DNA of 64,000 nucleotides from Terriglobia bacterium (GTDB lineage Bacteria > Acidobacteriota > Terriglobia > Versatilivoradales > Versatilivoraceae): contig OX638355.1 of the NCBI GenBank assembly GCA_951813285.1, positions 1,424,653 to 1,488,652 of the forward strand, written 5' to 3'. The notes below the pieces were generated by a model, which was given only the letters and a program-made list of their open reading frames with translations, searched no databases and had not been told where the DNA came from. Made by a program: the position numbers and the translations under genes. Shown one piece after another: positions 26,129-34,181 of the stretch. Every line of letters starts with the position of its first letter. Positions within the stretch are counted from its first letter, which is position 1.

Positions 26129-27586
26129 ATGGTTGAAACCCTCTCATCACAACCCGTCGGGAGTTCGGAGTCCTGTGCCGCCGGAATTGCGGCCAAGCTG
26201 CGGCATGCGGGATTTTCGGCCTATTTCGTCGGGGGCTGTGTTCGGGATCGCCTGATGGGCATTGCCCCCAGGGACTACGACATTGCCACCAGCGCCCGAC
26301 CTCAGGAGGTGGGGAGGCTGTTTCCACGGACGGTCGCCGTTGGCGCGGCCTTCGGGGTGGTCCGGGTTTTGGAGGCGGGAGGCAGCTACGAGGTGGCCAC
26401 CTTTCGCTCCGACGGCGCCTATCCCGACGGCAGGCGTCCCAGTCGGGTGACGTTCTCCTCGGACCCCAGGCTGGACGTGCAGCGCCGGGACTTCACCATC
26501 AATGGACTGCTCTACGATCCTTCCTCCAGTCAGATCCTGGACTTTGTGGGAGGCGAGCAGGACATCCGGTCCCGCATCATTCGCACCATCGGCTCCGCCG
26601 AGCGGCGTTTTCGGGAAGACAAGCTTCGGTTGGTGAGAGCAGTTCGATTCTCAGCTCGCTTTGGCTATGAATTGGAGAAGGAGACCCTGGCTGCATTGCG
26701 GGACCAGGCTGAGGAGGTGACTCGGGTGAGCCCCGAGCGCGTTCGGGAGGAACTGGTCAGAATACTGACGGAAGGCTATGCTGCCGACGGAATTCGAAGG
26801 TTGCAAGAGGTGGGACTGCTGGTTCACCTGCTTCCCGAGGTGACCGGCTTGCAAGGAGTTCCCCAGCCCCCCGAGTTTCATCCGGAAGGAGACTGCTGGG
26901 TTCACACTCTGCTGATGTTGGAATTGATGGACCGGTCCGGCACGAAGAGAGAGAAGGACCTCCGGGGGGATGAGAGCCCGGACCGGCCGGCAGACCGATC
27001 CGCTCCCCTGTCGAGTGTTCCGTTTGGAGAGTCAATGGCCCCCTATCCTTCGGTCACCCTGGCCATGGGAGTACTGTTGCACGACATCGGCAAGCCTTCG
27101 ACCTTCGAGCGCAGGGATAGGATCCGCTTCAATAGGCATGCCGACGTGGGAGCCCGAATGGCGCTCCGGGTTTGCGAACGCCTCCGATTCAGCAGGAAGC
27201 AACAGGAAAGAATCACGGCGCTGGTCAGGGACCACCTGAAGTTCATCGACCTTCCACGGATGCGGGCCTCGACCCTCAAGCGCTTTCTGGGGCAGGAGGG
27301 CTTCGAGGAGCATCTTGAGCTGCACCGCCTGGATTGCCTCGGCAGCCATGGAAATCTCGACAACTGGAGACTGGCTGCGGAGATGCTGGATCGCTCGGCA
27401 CCTGAGGAGTTCCACCCCCAGCCAATCCTGACCGGCAATGACCTCATTCAAATGGGGTATACTCCCGGGCCGGTTTTCCGTGAGATTCTCGGTTCCTTGA
27501 GAGATGCCCAACTGGAGAATCGGGTGACAACTCGCCTGCAGGCCACAGCCTGGGTGTCGGCTCGATTCGACCTGGGTCCATCCTGA
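26129..27586 (+). CDS. cca: CCA-adding tRNA nucleotidyltransferase / poly(A) polymerase family protein with HD domain
   Basis: In-frame ATG at 26129, 4 nt after the lexA stop. YFVGGCVRDRLMGIAPRDYDIATSARP...RDFTINGLLYD...LLHDIGKP (HD). Confidence 0.85.
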   Translation: MVETLSSQPVGSSESCAAGIAAKLRHAGFSAYFVGGCVRDRLMGIAPRDYDIATSARPQEVGRLFPRTVAVGAAFGVVRVLEAGGSYEVATFRSDGAYPDGRRPSRVTFSSDPRLDVQRRDFTINGLLYDPSSSQILDFVGGEQDIRSRIIRTIGSAERRFREDKLRLVRAVRFSARFGYELEKETLAALRDQAEEVTRVSPERVREELVRILTEGYAADGIRRLQEVGLLVHLLPEVTGLQGVPQPPEFHPEGDCWVHTLLMLELMDRSGTKREKDLRGDESPDRPADRSAPLSSVPFGESMAPYPSVTLAMGVLLHDIGKPSTFERRDRIRFNRHADVGARMALRVCERLRFSRKQQERITALVRDHLKFIDLPRMRASTLKRFLGQEGFEEHLELHRLDCLGSHGNLDNWRLAAEMLDRSAPEEFHPQPILTGNDLIQMGYTPGPVFREILGSLRDAQLENRVTTRLQATAWVSARFDLGPS

Positions 27587-27617
27587 GGCAGGTCACTAAA
27601 CCATTGCCGGGGACCGC

Positions 27618-28499
27618 ATGCCGGAGTTGCCTGAAGTTGAAACGATCCGAATCGGACTTGCCGGCAGCGTCCTGGGCAAGACCATCTCCAAAGTGACCAT
27701 CAGAAATCGGCGGATCGTGGTGCGCCCGCAGCCCGGTCGCTGGTCTCAGCAGCTCAAGGCTCAAACCATCCGGCGAGTCTCGCGCCGGGGTAAATTCCTC
27801 CTTTTCACCACCGACCAATATCAGTTGCTGGTGCACCTGGGCATGACGGGCCAGTTGACCTACCGGGACAAGAGCAGAATCGACGACCCCGACTTTTTCG
27901 TCCATCCCCTGACCGGACTACAGAAGGCACGGCAACATGCCGTCGACAAGCATACCCATCTGAGCCTCTATTTCACGGATGGCAATGCCATGAACTACAG
28001 GGATATTCGCCAGTTCGGCAAATGGCGCCTCTATGCCATGGAAGAGTTCAAGCAAGCCAAGGAATACTGGAGCCTGGGCATGGAGCCCTTCACCGCTCAA
28101 TATTCCTGGTCTCGCTTCCTGGTTGGATTGGAGGGCAGAAAGACGCCGATCAAGAGCCTGCTGCTCAACCAGCATTTTGTGGCGGGTATGGGAAACATCT
28201 ACGTGGACGAGGCGCTGTTTGAGTCGGGTCTCCATCCGCTGCGACCTTGCGAGTCCTTGACGGAAGAGGAAAAACGAAAGCTGTTCCGGTCCATCCCAAG
28301 GGTGCTCAAACGAGGTCTCAGGTACGGTGGCACCAGTTTCCAAAACTACATCAACGCCCGCGGCGAGGCAGGGGCCAATCAGGAACGGCTAAGGGTCTAC
28401 GGGCGCTCGGGGGAGCCCTGCCGTCAATGTCGCAGCCTGGTTTCCCGGATCATCGTGTCGCAGCGAGGCAGCCATTTCTGCCCCCGGTGCCAGAAATGA
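27618..28499 (+). CDS. mutM: formamidopyrimidine-DNA glycosylase
   Basis: MPELPEVETIR (catalytic Pro2/Glu3), H2TH region, C-terminal zinc finger CRQC...CPRCQ. Confidence 0.95.
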   Translation: MPELPEVETIRIGLAGSVLGKTISKVTIRNRRIVVRPQPGRWSQQLKAQTIRRVSRRGKFLLFTTDQYQLLVHLGMTGQLTYRDKSRIDDPDFFVHPLTGLQKARQHAVDKHTHLSLYFTDGNAMNYRDIRQFGKWRLYAMEEFKQAKEYWSLGMEPFTAQYSWSRFLVGLEGRKTPIKSLLLNQHFVAGMGNIYVDEALFESGLHPLRPCESLTEEEKRKLFRSIPRVLKRGLRYGGTSFQNYINARGEAGANQERLRVYGRSGEPCRQCRSLVSRIIVSQRGSHFCPRCQK

Positions 28500-28539
28500 G
28501 AGTCGCCCGGTTGGGGTGTCGCCCAGAGAAATGCAAATA

Positions 28540-29523
28540 CTAGCGTCGCGGCGCCTCGTACTGTTTCAGGTGTCGGACCTGGTATTGGGGATGACTCACC
28601 GCGACCCGAATCTTTCTGGACTTGCCGTCTCTCTCGGGATGGGTGGAAAGGTATTCCAGCGCGAATCGGTTCTTGAGTTGGTAGGGAAGCATCTCCAGGG
28701 CGCCGGCGGCCTCTTCTTCCGTTTCCACGAAATAGACCGATCCACCGGAATGGTCGGTGTAAACCTTGAGGGCTGAGCCCTTGACGTTCAGAATCTTGAG
28801 CCTTGTCCGAAAACTGATGGCTCCCTGTATTCCCAGGGCGTAGACGGGATAACGGTGTCGCGCGATGTGATCCAGGGTCGCCGGCCCGGCGATATCCCGC
28901 CCTGCCGAGATGAACAGGACGGCACGATTGGTGTTGCTGGCAGCCCGCAACTTGATCAGGGCCAAATCCAGAGCCAGGCCCATGTGCGGCCTACCGCCGG
29001 TTCCCAGGTTCTCGATGGCGTCCTCCAGATAATCTTCCGGGGCGATGTAATCGAGCAACTCCTGGGACTCGTTGCTGAAGGCGTTCACAAACAGTTCGTC
29101 CGGACTCTCCAGCTTGGTCGCCAAGCGATTCAGCAGCTTCAATGCCAGTCGGATTCCGACCCCCTCCATGCTCTTGCTTACGTCGACCAGGATGCCAAGG
29201 GAGACGGGGACGTTTCTCTCGAAACGGACCCGGGTAACCTTCTGCAGCTTCTTTTTCTCGAAGATCTGGAAGTCGGCGGCTTGGAGGTTCTCGACCGGTT
29301 CCCCGTTCCGGTCGGTTACCGCCACGTGGAGAGTTACAGACAAGGGCCCGTGGCCGGAACGAGCCGGTGCTTTCAAGAGCGCGTCGGGGATCAGAAGGAG
29401 GCCACACAGGAGAACCCCTGTGATTGGAAGCCATCCCCGACGTCTCTTCTTGGAATGATTCCCGCTCCGGTTGGGTTGAGGATTTCCCGGCATTATTCGG
29501 TACCTGCCCTGAAAATGGAGCAA
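28540..29523 (-). CDS. VWFA-related Acidobacterial-type domain protein (TIGR03436-like), secreted
   Basis: LHVAVTDRNGEPVENLQAADFQIFEKKKLQKVTRVRFERNVPVSLGILVDVSKSM. TM/signal segment LPITGVLLCGLLLIP. The start is TTG at 29523 or ATG at 29493. Confidence 0.75.
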   Translation of the reverse strand: MLHFQGRYRIMPGNPQPNRSGNHSKKRRRGWLPITGVLLCGLLLIPDALLKAPARSGHGPLSVTLHVAVTDRNGEPVENLQAADFQIFEKKKLQKVTRVRFERNVPVSLGILVDVSKSMEGVGIRLALKLLNRLATKLESPDELFVNAFSNESQELLDYIAPEDYLEDAIENLGTGGRPHMGLALDLALIKLRAASNTNRAVLFISAGRDIAGPATLDHIARHRYPVYALGIQGAISFRTRLKILNVKGSALKVYTDHSGGSVYFVETEEEAAGALEMLPYQLKNRFALEYLSTHPERDGKSRKIRVAVSHPQYQVRHLKQYEAPRR

Positions 29524-29641
29524 GTCGTCCGGGATGTCAAGCGAAAGACCAGCCGGTTCGGGTCATGCTGGTGGCGTGGCGCCTCGTCAGGGGAAGGACT
29601 TTGGGAACAGAGCTTCAGCCTCCGTGATACGAGCCTGGTCG

Positions 29642-29929
29642 CTACCGTTTTTTCTTGCGGTTGACCGCGGCTTTCAGTTCGGCTCCGGGGGAGAACCTGG
29701 CGACTTTCTTGGCATCGATCTGGATGGTGCCGCCTGTCTGGGGATTGCGACCGGTTCTGGCTTTCCGAGTTCCTGTTGAAAAGGTTCCAAAGCCGACCAA
29801 GGTTACTCGTTCGCCTTTTCTGAGCGCGCTCTGAATACCCGCCAAGGCAGAATTGATGGCGGCGTCGGCCTGCGTCTTGTTGATCTTGGCATCCTTGGCG
29901 ATTTTTTCAATCAGATCGGCTTTGTTCAC
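29642..29929 (-). CDS. hup: HU family DNA-binding protein
   Basis: GTG start preceded by AAGGAGG. MNKADLIEKIAKDAKINKTQADAAINSALAGIQSAL..VTLVGFGTF....KARTGRNPQTG..I.I. Confidence 0.95.
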   Translation of the reverse strand: MNKADLIEKIAKDAKINKTQADAAINSALAGIQSALRKGERVTLVGFGTFSTGTRKARTGRNPQTGGTIQIDAKKVARFSPGAELKAAVNRKKKR

Positions 29930-30250
29930 GGTGTCCCCTCCTTAGTTGGCCCGATTTGGTGCGGAAAGCTGGCCTGGTTCCCACATCTCTCACCGAGTCA
30001 CTGGGTATTACGATAAAAAAGAACTTGTCTTCGATGCCCTCTGCCGCCTGGCTTCGAGCCTTCGGCGACCGAACGACAGCCGGCGGTCCCCGATTGTCCT
30101 ATCCACTTGGCAGTGCTTACGCTTCCTCGAACGTGGCCCCGCCATGTTCTTTGGCCGCGACCACGCGCTGAAGGACGACATCCCGAGCCATCTTCTGCAC
30201 TTGCCTCACGAGTGCAGGCCTCGGTGCGAAATGCGGGCTAAGATGCGAGT

Positions 30251-30280
30251 TTTATATATTCCCGAGTTAAGCCTTGTCAA
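30251..30280 (-). promoter_or_regulatory. near-consensus sigma70 promoter on the minus strand, ~310 nt upstream of hup
   Basis: Minus strand reads TTGACA (30280-30275), 16-nt spacer, TATATA (30258-30253); alternatively an 18-nt spacer with TATAAA. Confidence 0.5.
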
Positions 30281-30381
30281 GGTCTATTCCGGGTGCCGGC
30301 CCGTCACCGATGAAGGCGCTAAGAAACCAAAAGAAAGCGGCTTGTTCAGGCTGGCCGGGTATCGATTTCGACGATTGACTT

Positions 30382-30696
30382 TCAGTCTTTCCGGCTTCGA
30401 CGGATCGAGTCTCCGGAGCGCGTATCACGGGTCTCGGCCAACACGCCGTCCACCACGCTGTAGCCGCTGGAGTGGAAGACATCGGCGGTGCACACGACCG
30501 ACACCTTACGAGTTTCGCCTCGCAGAAACGGCTGCTCTTCGCCGAATTCGGGGTTTCCGGGCTCTACCGGCCAGACGATGCGTCCGTTGAAGTGCACTAC
30601 CACCTCCAAGGGGGCGCCGCAGGCTTGGCAGACGAATGTACCCGGACTCCCTGGGCGTAGGTTTCTGGTGACGTCGTTGGAGTTGGACCCTGACAT
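30382..30696 (-). CDS. hypothetical protein (start uncertain: 30696, 30726 or 30795)
   Basis: The only plausible ORF in a 900-bp gap. The composition of GTFVCQACGAPLEVVVHFNGRIVWPVEPGNPEFGEEQPFLRGETRKVSVVCTADVFHSSGYSVVDGV looks protein-like. I recognise no family. Confidence 0.35.
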   Translation of the reverse strand: MSGSNSNDVTRNLRPGSPGTFVCQACGAPLEVVVHFNGRIVWPVEPGNPEFGEEQPFLRGETRKVSVVCTADVFHSSGYSVVDGVLAETRDTRSGDSIRRSRKD

Positions 30697-30835
30697 GTTT
30701 TGCAACTCCACATCAGACAGTTCCATGCCGCGAAGGCGCCGGCGAAAGGATCCTGCCTGGGTTTTGCACCTGATTGTATCAGTGTTCACGTTCAAGTGGA
30801 TTTTGGCTTGACGGCAGGCCGGATCTTACCTTCCA

Positions 30836-31573
30836 ATGGTTCCCATGAAAGTTCGAATCCTCCTGTTCGCACGGCTGAAGGATCTGGTGGGCACGGAGAG
30901 TGTCGAGTTGGACAGCCCTGATATCGAGTCGGTAGAGGACGCCTATCGAATTCTCAGTGCCCGATACCCGGAGTTGGAATCCTTCAGCCGCAGCCTCCTG
31001 GTGGCCGTGAATCAGGAATTTGCAGATTGGAACACACCAGTCGCGGAAGGGGATGAGTTGGCCCTGTTTCCACCCGTCAGTGGTGGCCAACCGCCACCGG
31101 AAGCCGACTATCCCGTCGATGCGGCGGGGGACATCTATCAGATCGTCCGGGAGAGCATTCAAACCAGCGGGTTGGTATCACAGCTCACTCGCGATCAGGA
31201 TGGGGCCGCCGTAACCTTTTTGGGGATCGTCCGCAACAACACCCGCGGGCGCAGGACCACTCACTTGTATTACGAGGCCTATGAGCCCATGGCCCTTCGC
31301 AAGATGCGCGAGATCGGCGAGTCGGTCAGGCAGCGCTGGCAAATTGGACAGGTGGGGATGGTCCATCGGCTGGGACGGTTGGAGATTGGAGAAGTGAGTG
31401 TCGCCATTGTCATAACTTCACCCCATCGGGGGATTGCCTTCGAGTCCTGCCGGTACGCCATCGACCGGTTGAAGCAGACTGTTCCCATCTGGAAGAAGGA
31501 GTTCTTCGAGGACGGCGAAGTCTGGGTGGAAGGCGAATCCCATGCGACTGAAGGCGGCCCGGCATCACCCTAG
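30836..31573 (+). CDS. moaD-moaE: fused molybdopterin synthase: MoaD (sulfur carrier) - MoaE (catalytic subunit)
   Basis: The N-terminal ~84 aa end in the canonical MoaD terminus DELALFPPVSGG. After a Pro-rich linker comes the MoaE domain (AAVTFLGIVRNNTRGRRTTHLYYEAYEPMALRKM...IVITSPHRGIAFESCRYAIDRLKQTVPIWKKE). Single uninterrupted ORF. Confidence 0.85.
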   Translation: MVPMKVRILLFARLKDLVGTESVELDSPDIESVEDAYRILSARYPELESFSRSLLVAVNQEFADWNTPVAEGDELALFPPVSGGQPPPEADYPVDAAGDIYQIVRESIQTSGLVSQLTRDQDGAAVTFLGIVRNNTRGRRTTHLYYEAYEPMALRKMREIGESVRQRWQIGQVGMVHRLGRLEIGEVSVAIVITSPHRGIAFESCRYAIDRLKQTVPIWKKEFFEDGEVWVEGESHATEGGPASP

Positions 31574-31637
31574 CTAGCGAATTCCTGTTGCAACCCGGCT
31601 ACCCGGCGCTTCATCTCAGTCGTGAAGAAACGCCCGG

Positions 31638-32681
31638 TTGTCGACCATGCCCTTCACCATTTCCCCCTGGAATTCCCGGCTGCCGCTCTTCCTGTTTGGG
31701 ACTGCGCTCTGCCTGCTGGGTCCCGGCGTGTTGCCGGCTTTCTCCCAAGCGTCCCCGGATCGGGACTACAAGCTGGTTGTCGACGTCGACCTGGTGAGCG
31801 TGCTGGCCTCGGTGACGACGGCTGAGGGCGCCCTGGCCGCGGGGCTGACCCGGAATCGCTTTCGCCTCTTCGAAAACGGAATCCCACAGGAGATCGCTCT
31901 CTTCGCCAGGGAGTCCGAACGAGCCCTGAGGCTTCAACTGCTTTTCGACAGTTCCCTGAGCATCACCACCGAGCTGGGGTCTCAACAGGAAGCGGCCATG
32001 GACTTTTTGCGGGCTGTGGTGAGCCCCGTGGATCGAGTATCGATTCTGCAGGTGTCCGAAAACGTGGTTGAGCTGGTGCGGGAGACCTCCCGTCCCAAGG
32101 CCATGGCCAAGGCACTCCGCTCCATCCGCCCGGGAGGCGGAACCTCGCTGTACGACGCTGTCTATCTGGCCTCGCAAGCGCTGTCGTCGTCTCGAGGGCG
32201 CAGGGTGATTCTGATTGTCTCGGATGGTACGGATACCACCAGCAAGGTTTCCATGGAAGAGTGCCTGCGACAGGTGCTGGCTTCAGAAGCTGTCGTCTAT
32301 GTCTTGCTGGTGCAGCCCATCAAGAGCGAAGCCGGCCGGAATCTTGCCGGGGAGCGCAGTATGATCTACCTGACTCGGGAAACCGGCGGAAAGACCTTTT
32401 CAGTGGCCTCTCCTGATGCCTTGCGGGAGTCCTTTGCCCGGATTGGAGATGCGTTGCGGACCCAATACCTGCTGGGGTATTACCCCCGGCACAAGCGGGA
32501 GCCCGAAAGATTCCGCAGGATCCGAATCGAGGTGGACCTCGCCGGAGCCCAGGTGCGAGCTCGAAGCGGCTACTATGCGACAGCCGGGGAACGACTGTCT
32601 AGAAAAGGAAATCCACGAAGGGACAGGAAAGGGAAAAGAGTTGTCCACGAAGGGGCGCGAAGGACCACGAAGGGCCACTAA
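31638..32681 (+). CDS. VWFA-related Acidobacterial-type domain protein (TIGR03436-like), second paralog; the last ~25 codons lie in repeat B2
   Basis: DYKLVVDVDLVSVLASVTTAEG...RNRFRLFENGIPQEIALF...LLFDSSLSI...GGGTSLYDAV. The C-terminal RKGNPRRDRKGKRVVHEGARRTTKGH is encoded by the repeat. Confidence 0.75.
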   Translation: MSTMPFTISPWNSRLPLFLFGTALCLLGPGVLPAFSQASPDRDYKLVVDVDLVSVLASVTTAEGALAAGLTRNRFRLFENGIPQEIALFARESERALRLQLLFDSSLSITTELGSQQEAAMDFLRAVVSPVDRVSILQVSENVVELVRETSRPKAMAKALRSIRPGGGTSLYDAVYLASQALSSSRGRRVILIVSDGTDTTSKVSMEECLRQVLASEAVVYVLLVQPIKSEAGRNLAGERSMIYLTRETGGKTFSVASPDALRESFARIGDALRTQYLLGYYPRHKREPERFRRIRIEVDLAGAQVRARSGYYATAGERLSRKGNPRRDRKGKRVVHEGARRTTKGH

Positions 32682-32683
32682 GG
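32611..32683 (+). repeat. repeat family B, copy 2
   Basis: atccacgaaggg...tccacgaaggggcgcgaaggaccacgaagggccactaagg. (A/G)CGAAG words at 32647/32657/32667. Weaker similarity to the B3 flank continues to ~32725. Confidence 0.75.
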
Positions 32684-32753
32684 AGTTGGAGAAGGCTCCA
32701 GAGGGATACGCCAATGGTCGGGGATGGCCGGCCGTCTCGGAGCAAATAACCTT

Positions 32754-32782
32754 TTGTCAATGGCCGGCAATGCGGGTATAGT
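32754..32782 (+). promoter_or_regulatory. sigma70-type promoter candidate for the type III PKS gene
   Basis: TTGTCA (32754-32759), 17-nt spacer, TATAGT (32777-32782); ~110 nt upstream of the PKS start. Confidence 0.5.
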
Positions 32783-32890
32783 GTTCGGGCGATTCGACTA
32801 GAGAACCCTGGAGTTTTCCTCCGACAGCAACACCGTCGAGCTCCATGCCGGTGACCCGGGTATTCCCGTGAACGAATATAGGACCGCGCG

Positions 32891-33976
32891 TTGCTAAGTC
32901 ATGTCCAGACGGGCAAAGTTGCTGTAACCCATCCTCCCCACAAGGTCAGTGCGGACGTCAGTCGAGCCTACCTGCGGCGATGGCTGGAGGATCGCGGGAC
33001 AAGCGACCAGTTGATTGCCAAGCTGGAGTCCGTTCTGGACAAAACCCAGATCGAATCCCGTTACATCCTCCTTCCGCCGGACGAGGTCCTCCAGACCAGA
33101 GACTTCCATACCACCAACAACCAATATGTCGAGGCCTCCATTCAACTGGGGACCGAAGCCGTTCAGCAAACCCTTGAGCTGAACCGAATCCATCCTTCCG
33201 ATGTCGACATGTTCATCAGCGTATCCTGCACCGGTTTTGTGATTCCCGGCGTCGACGCCCACATCATGAACAAGTTGGGAATCAACGCCTCTCGCATGAT
33301 TCTTACCGAGCATGGCTGTGCCGGTGGCGCGGTCGGACTGATGCGGGCCTGGGAGTACTGTCGTGCCTATCCGGAACGAACGGTGGTGCTGCTGGCCCAT
33401 GAGTTTTGCTCTCAGACATTTCTGCTGAATGATTTGAGCATGACCAACATCGTGTGCTCGACTCTGTTTGGCGATGGCGTGGCAGCCACCGTCATTTCCG
33501 GCAAGCTCAACAGCCCCGAGCCTCTACCGGCCATGCAGCGCTGCACCACCCGGTTCTTTCCCGGCACACTGGATTACATGGGCTTTGAGCTCCGCAACGA
33601 GGGATTGAGAATCATTCTGTCCCCGGAAATCCCTTCCTTCATCAAGAATCGGATCAAGCCAACCCTGGAAGGTTTTCTGCAAGAATGCCGGGTTTCCCCG
33701 GAATCCCTGGACCACTTCGTCATGCACCCCGGCAGTGTGCGAATCGTAGAGATTATCGGCAATCAACTGGGCCTGAGTCGTGAGGACATCGAGCCCACGC
33801 TCAAGGTTCTGTTCGGTAAGGGAAACATGAGCAGCGTCACCGTTCTGGCCGTGATGCAGGAAATCCAGAACCGTTCGGCTCCTCAAGTGGGGGACCTGGG
33901 TCTCATGGTTGCCTTCGGTCCGGGGTTTGTAGCCGAGATGGCCCTGTATCAATGGCTCAACGGCCGGCCCGACTGA
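32891..33976 (+). CDS. type III polyketide synthase (chalcone/stilbene synthase family)
   Basis: Catalytic Cys context FISVSCTGFVIPGVD; LFGDGVAA; His context FVMHPGSVRIV; Asn context GKGNMSSVTVL; C-terminal GLMVAFGPGF. TTG start uncertain. Confidence 0.9.
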   Translation: MLSHVQTGKVAVTHPPHKVSADVSRAYLRRWLEDRGTSDQLIAKLESVLDKTQIESRYILLPPDEVLQTRDFHTTNNQYVEASIQLGTEAVQQTLELNRIHPSDVDMFISVSCTGFVIPGVDAHIMNKLGINASRMILTEHGCAGGAVGLMRAWEYCRAYPERTVVLLAHEFCSQTFLLNDLSMTNIVCSTLFGDGVAATVISGKLNSPEPLPAMQRCTTRFFPGTLDYMGFELRNEGLRIILSPEIPSFIKNRIKPTLEGFLQECRVSPESLDHFVMHPGSVRIVEIIGNQLGLSREDIEPTLKVLFGKGNMSSVTVLAVMQEIQNRSAPQVGDLGLMVAFGPGFVAEMALYQWLNGRPD

Positions 33977-34082
33977 TTTTCCTCTCCCGCATTCCACCCC
34001 CGTCCCCGATCCTCACTACCAAACGCCACTGCGTCAAGCTTGCCGGTCCCCAACCCGCTGTTCCCAGTGTCCAAAACACGAG

Positions 34083-34100
34083 AGCCTTTTGCAAAATTCG
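34083..34100 (-). promoter_or_regulatory. conserved 18-mer GAATTTTGCAAAAGGCTC, copy 3 of 3 (inverted)
   Basis: The plus strand gagccttttgcaaaattc is the exact reverse complement of copies 1 and 2. Lies 82 nt upstream of the 34182 gene. A CATAAT -10-like hexamer is at 34134-34139. Confidence 0.6.
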
Positions 34101-34181
34101 CAATGGAGATATGGAATCCACCAGCATTCCGCCGCATAATGTTTCCATCCGAAAAATCAGAGTGGTTGATCGTGTGAGTCA

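Noticed and set aside
30117-30191. 24-codon minus-strand ORF (MARDVVLQRVVAAKEHGGATFEEA) inside the putative hup leader
   Set aside because: It has no convincing RBS and is too short to support without conservation or expression data.
30851-30860. tRNA T-loop-like GTTCGAATCC
   Set aside because: It lies inside the moaD coding start (MKVRILLF). No acceptor or anticodon stems can be drawn around it.
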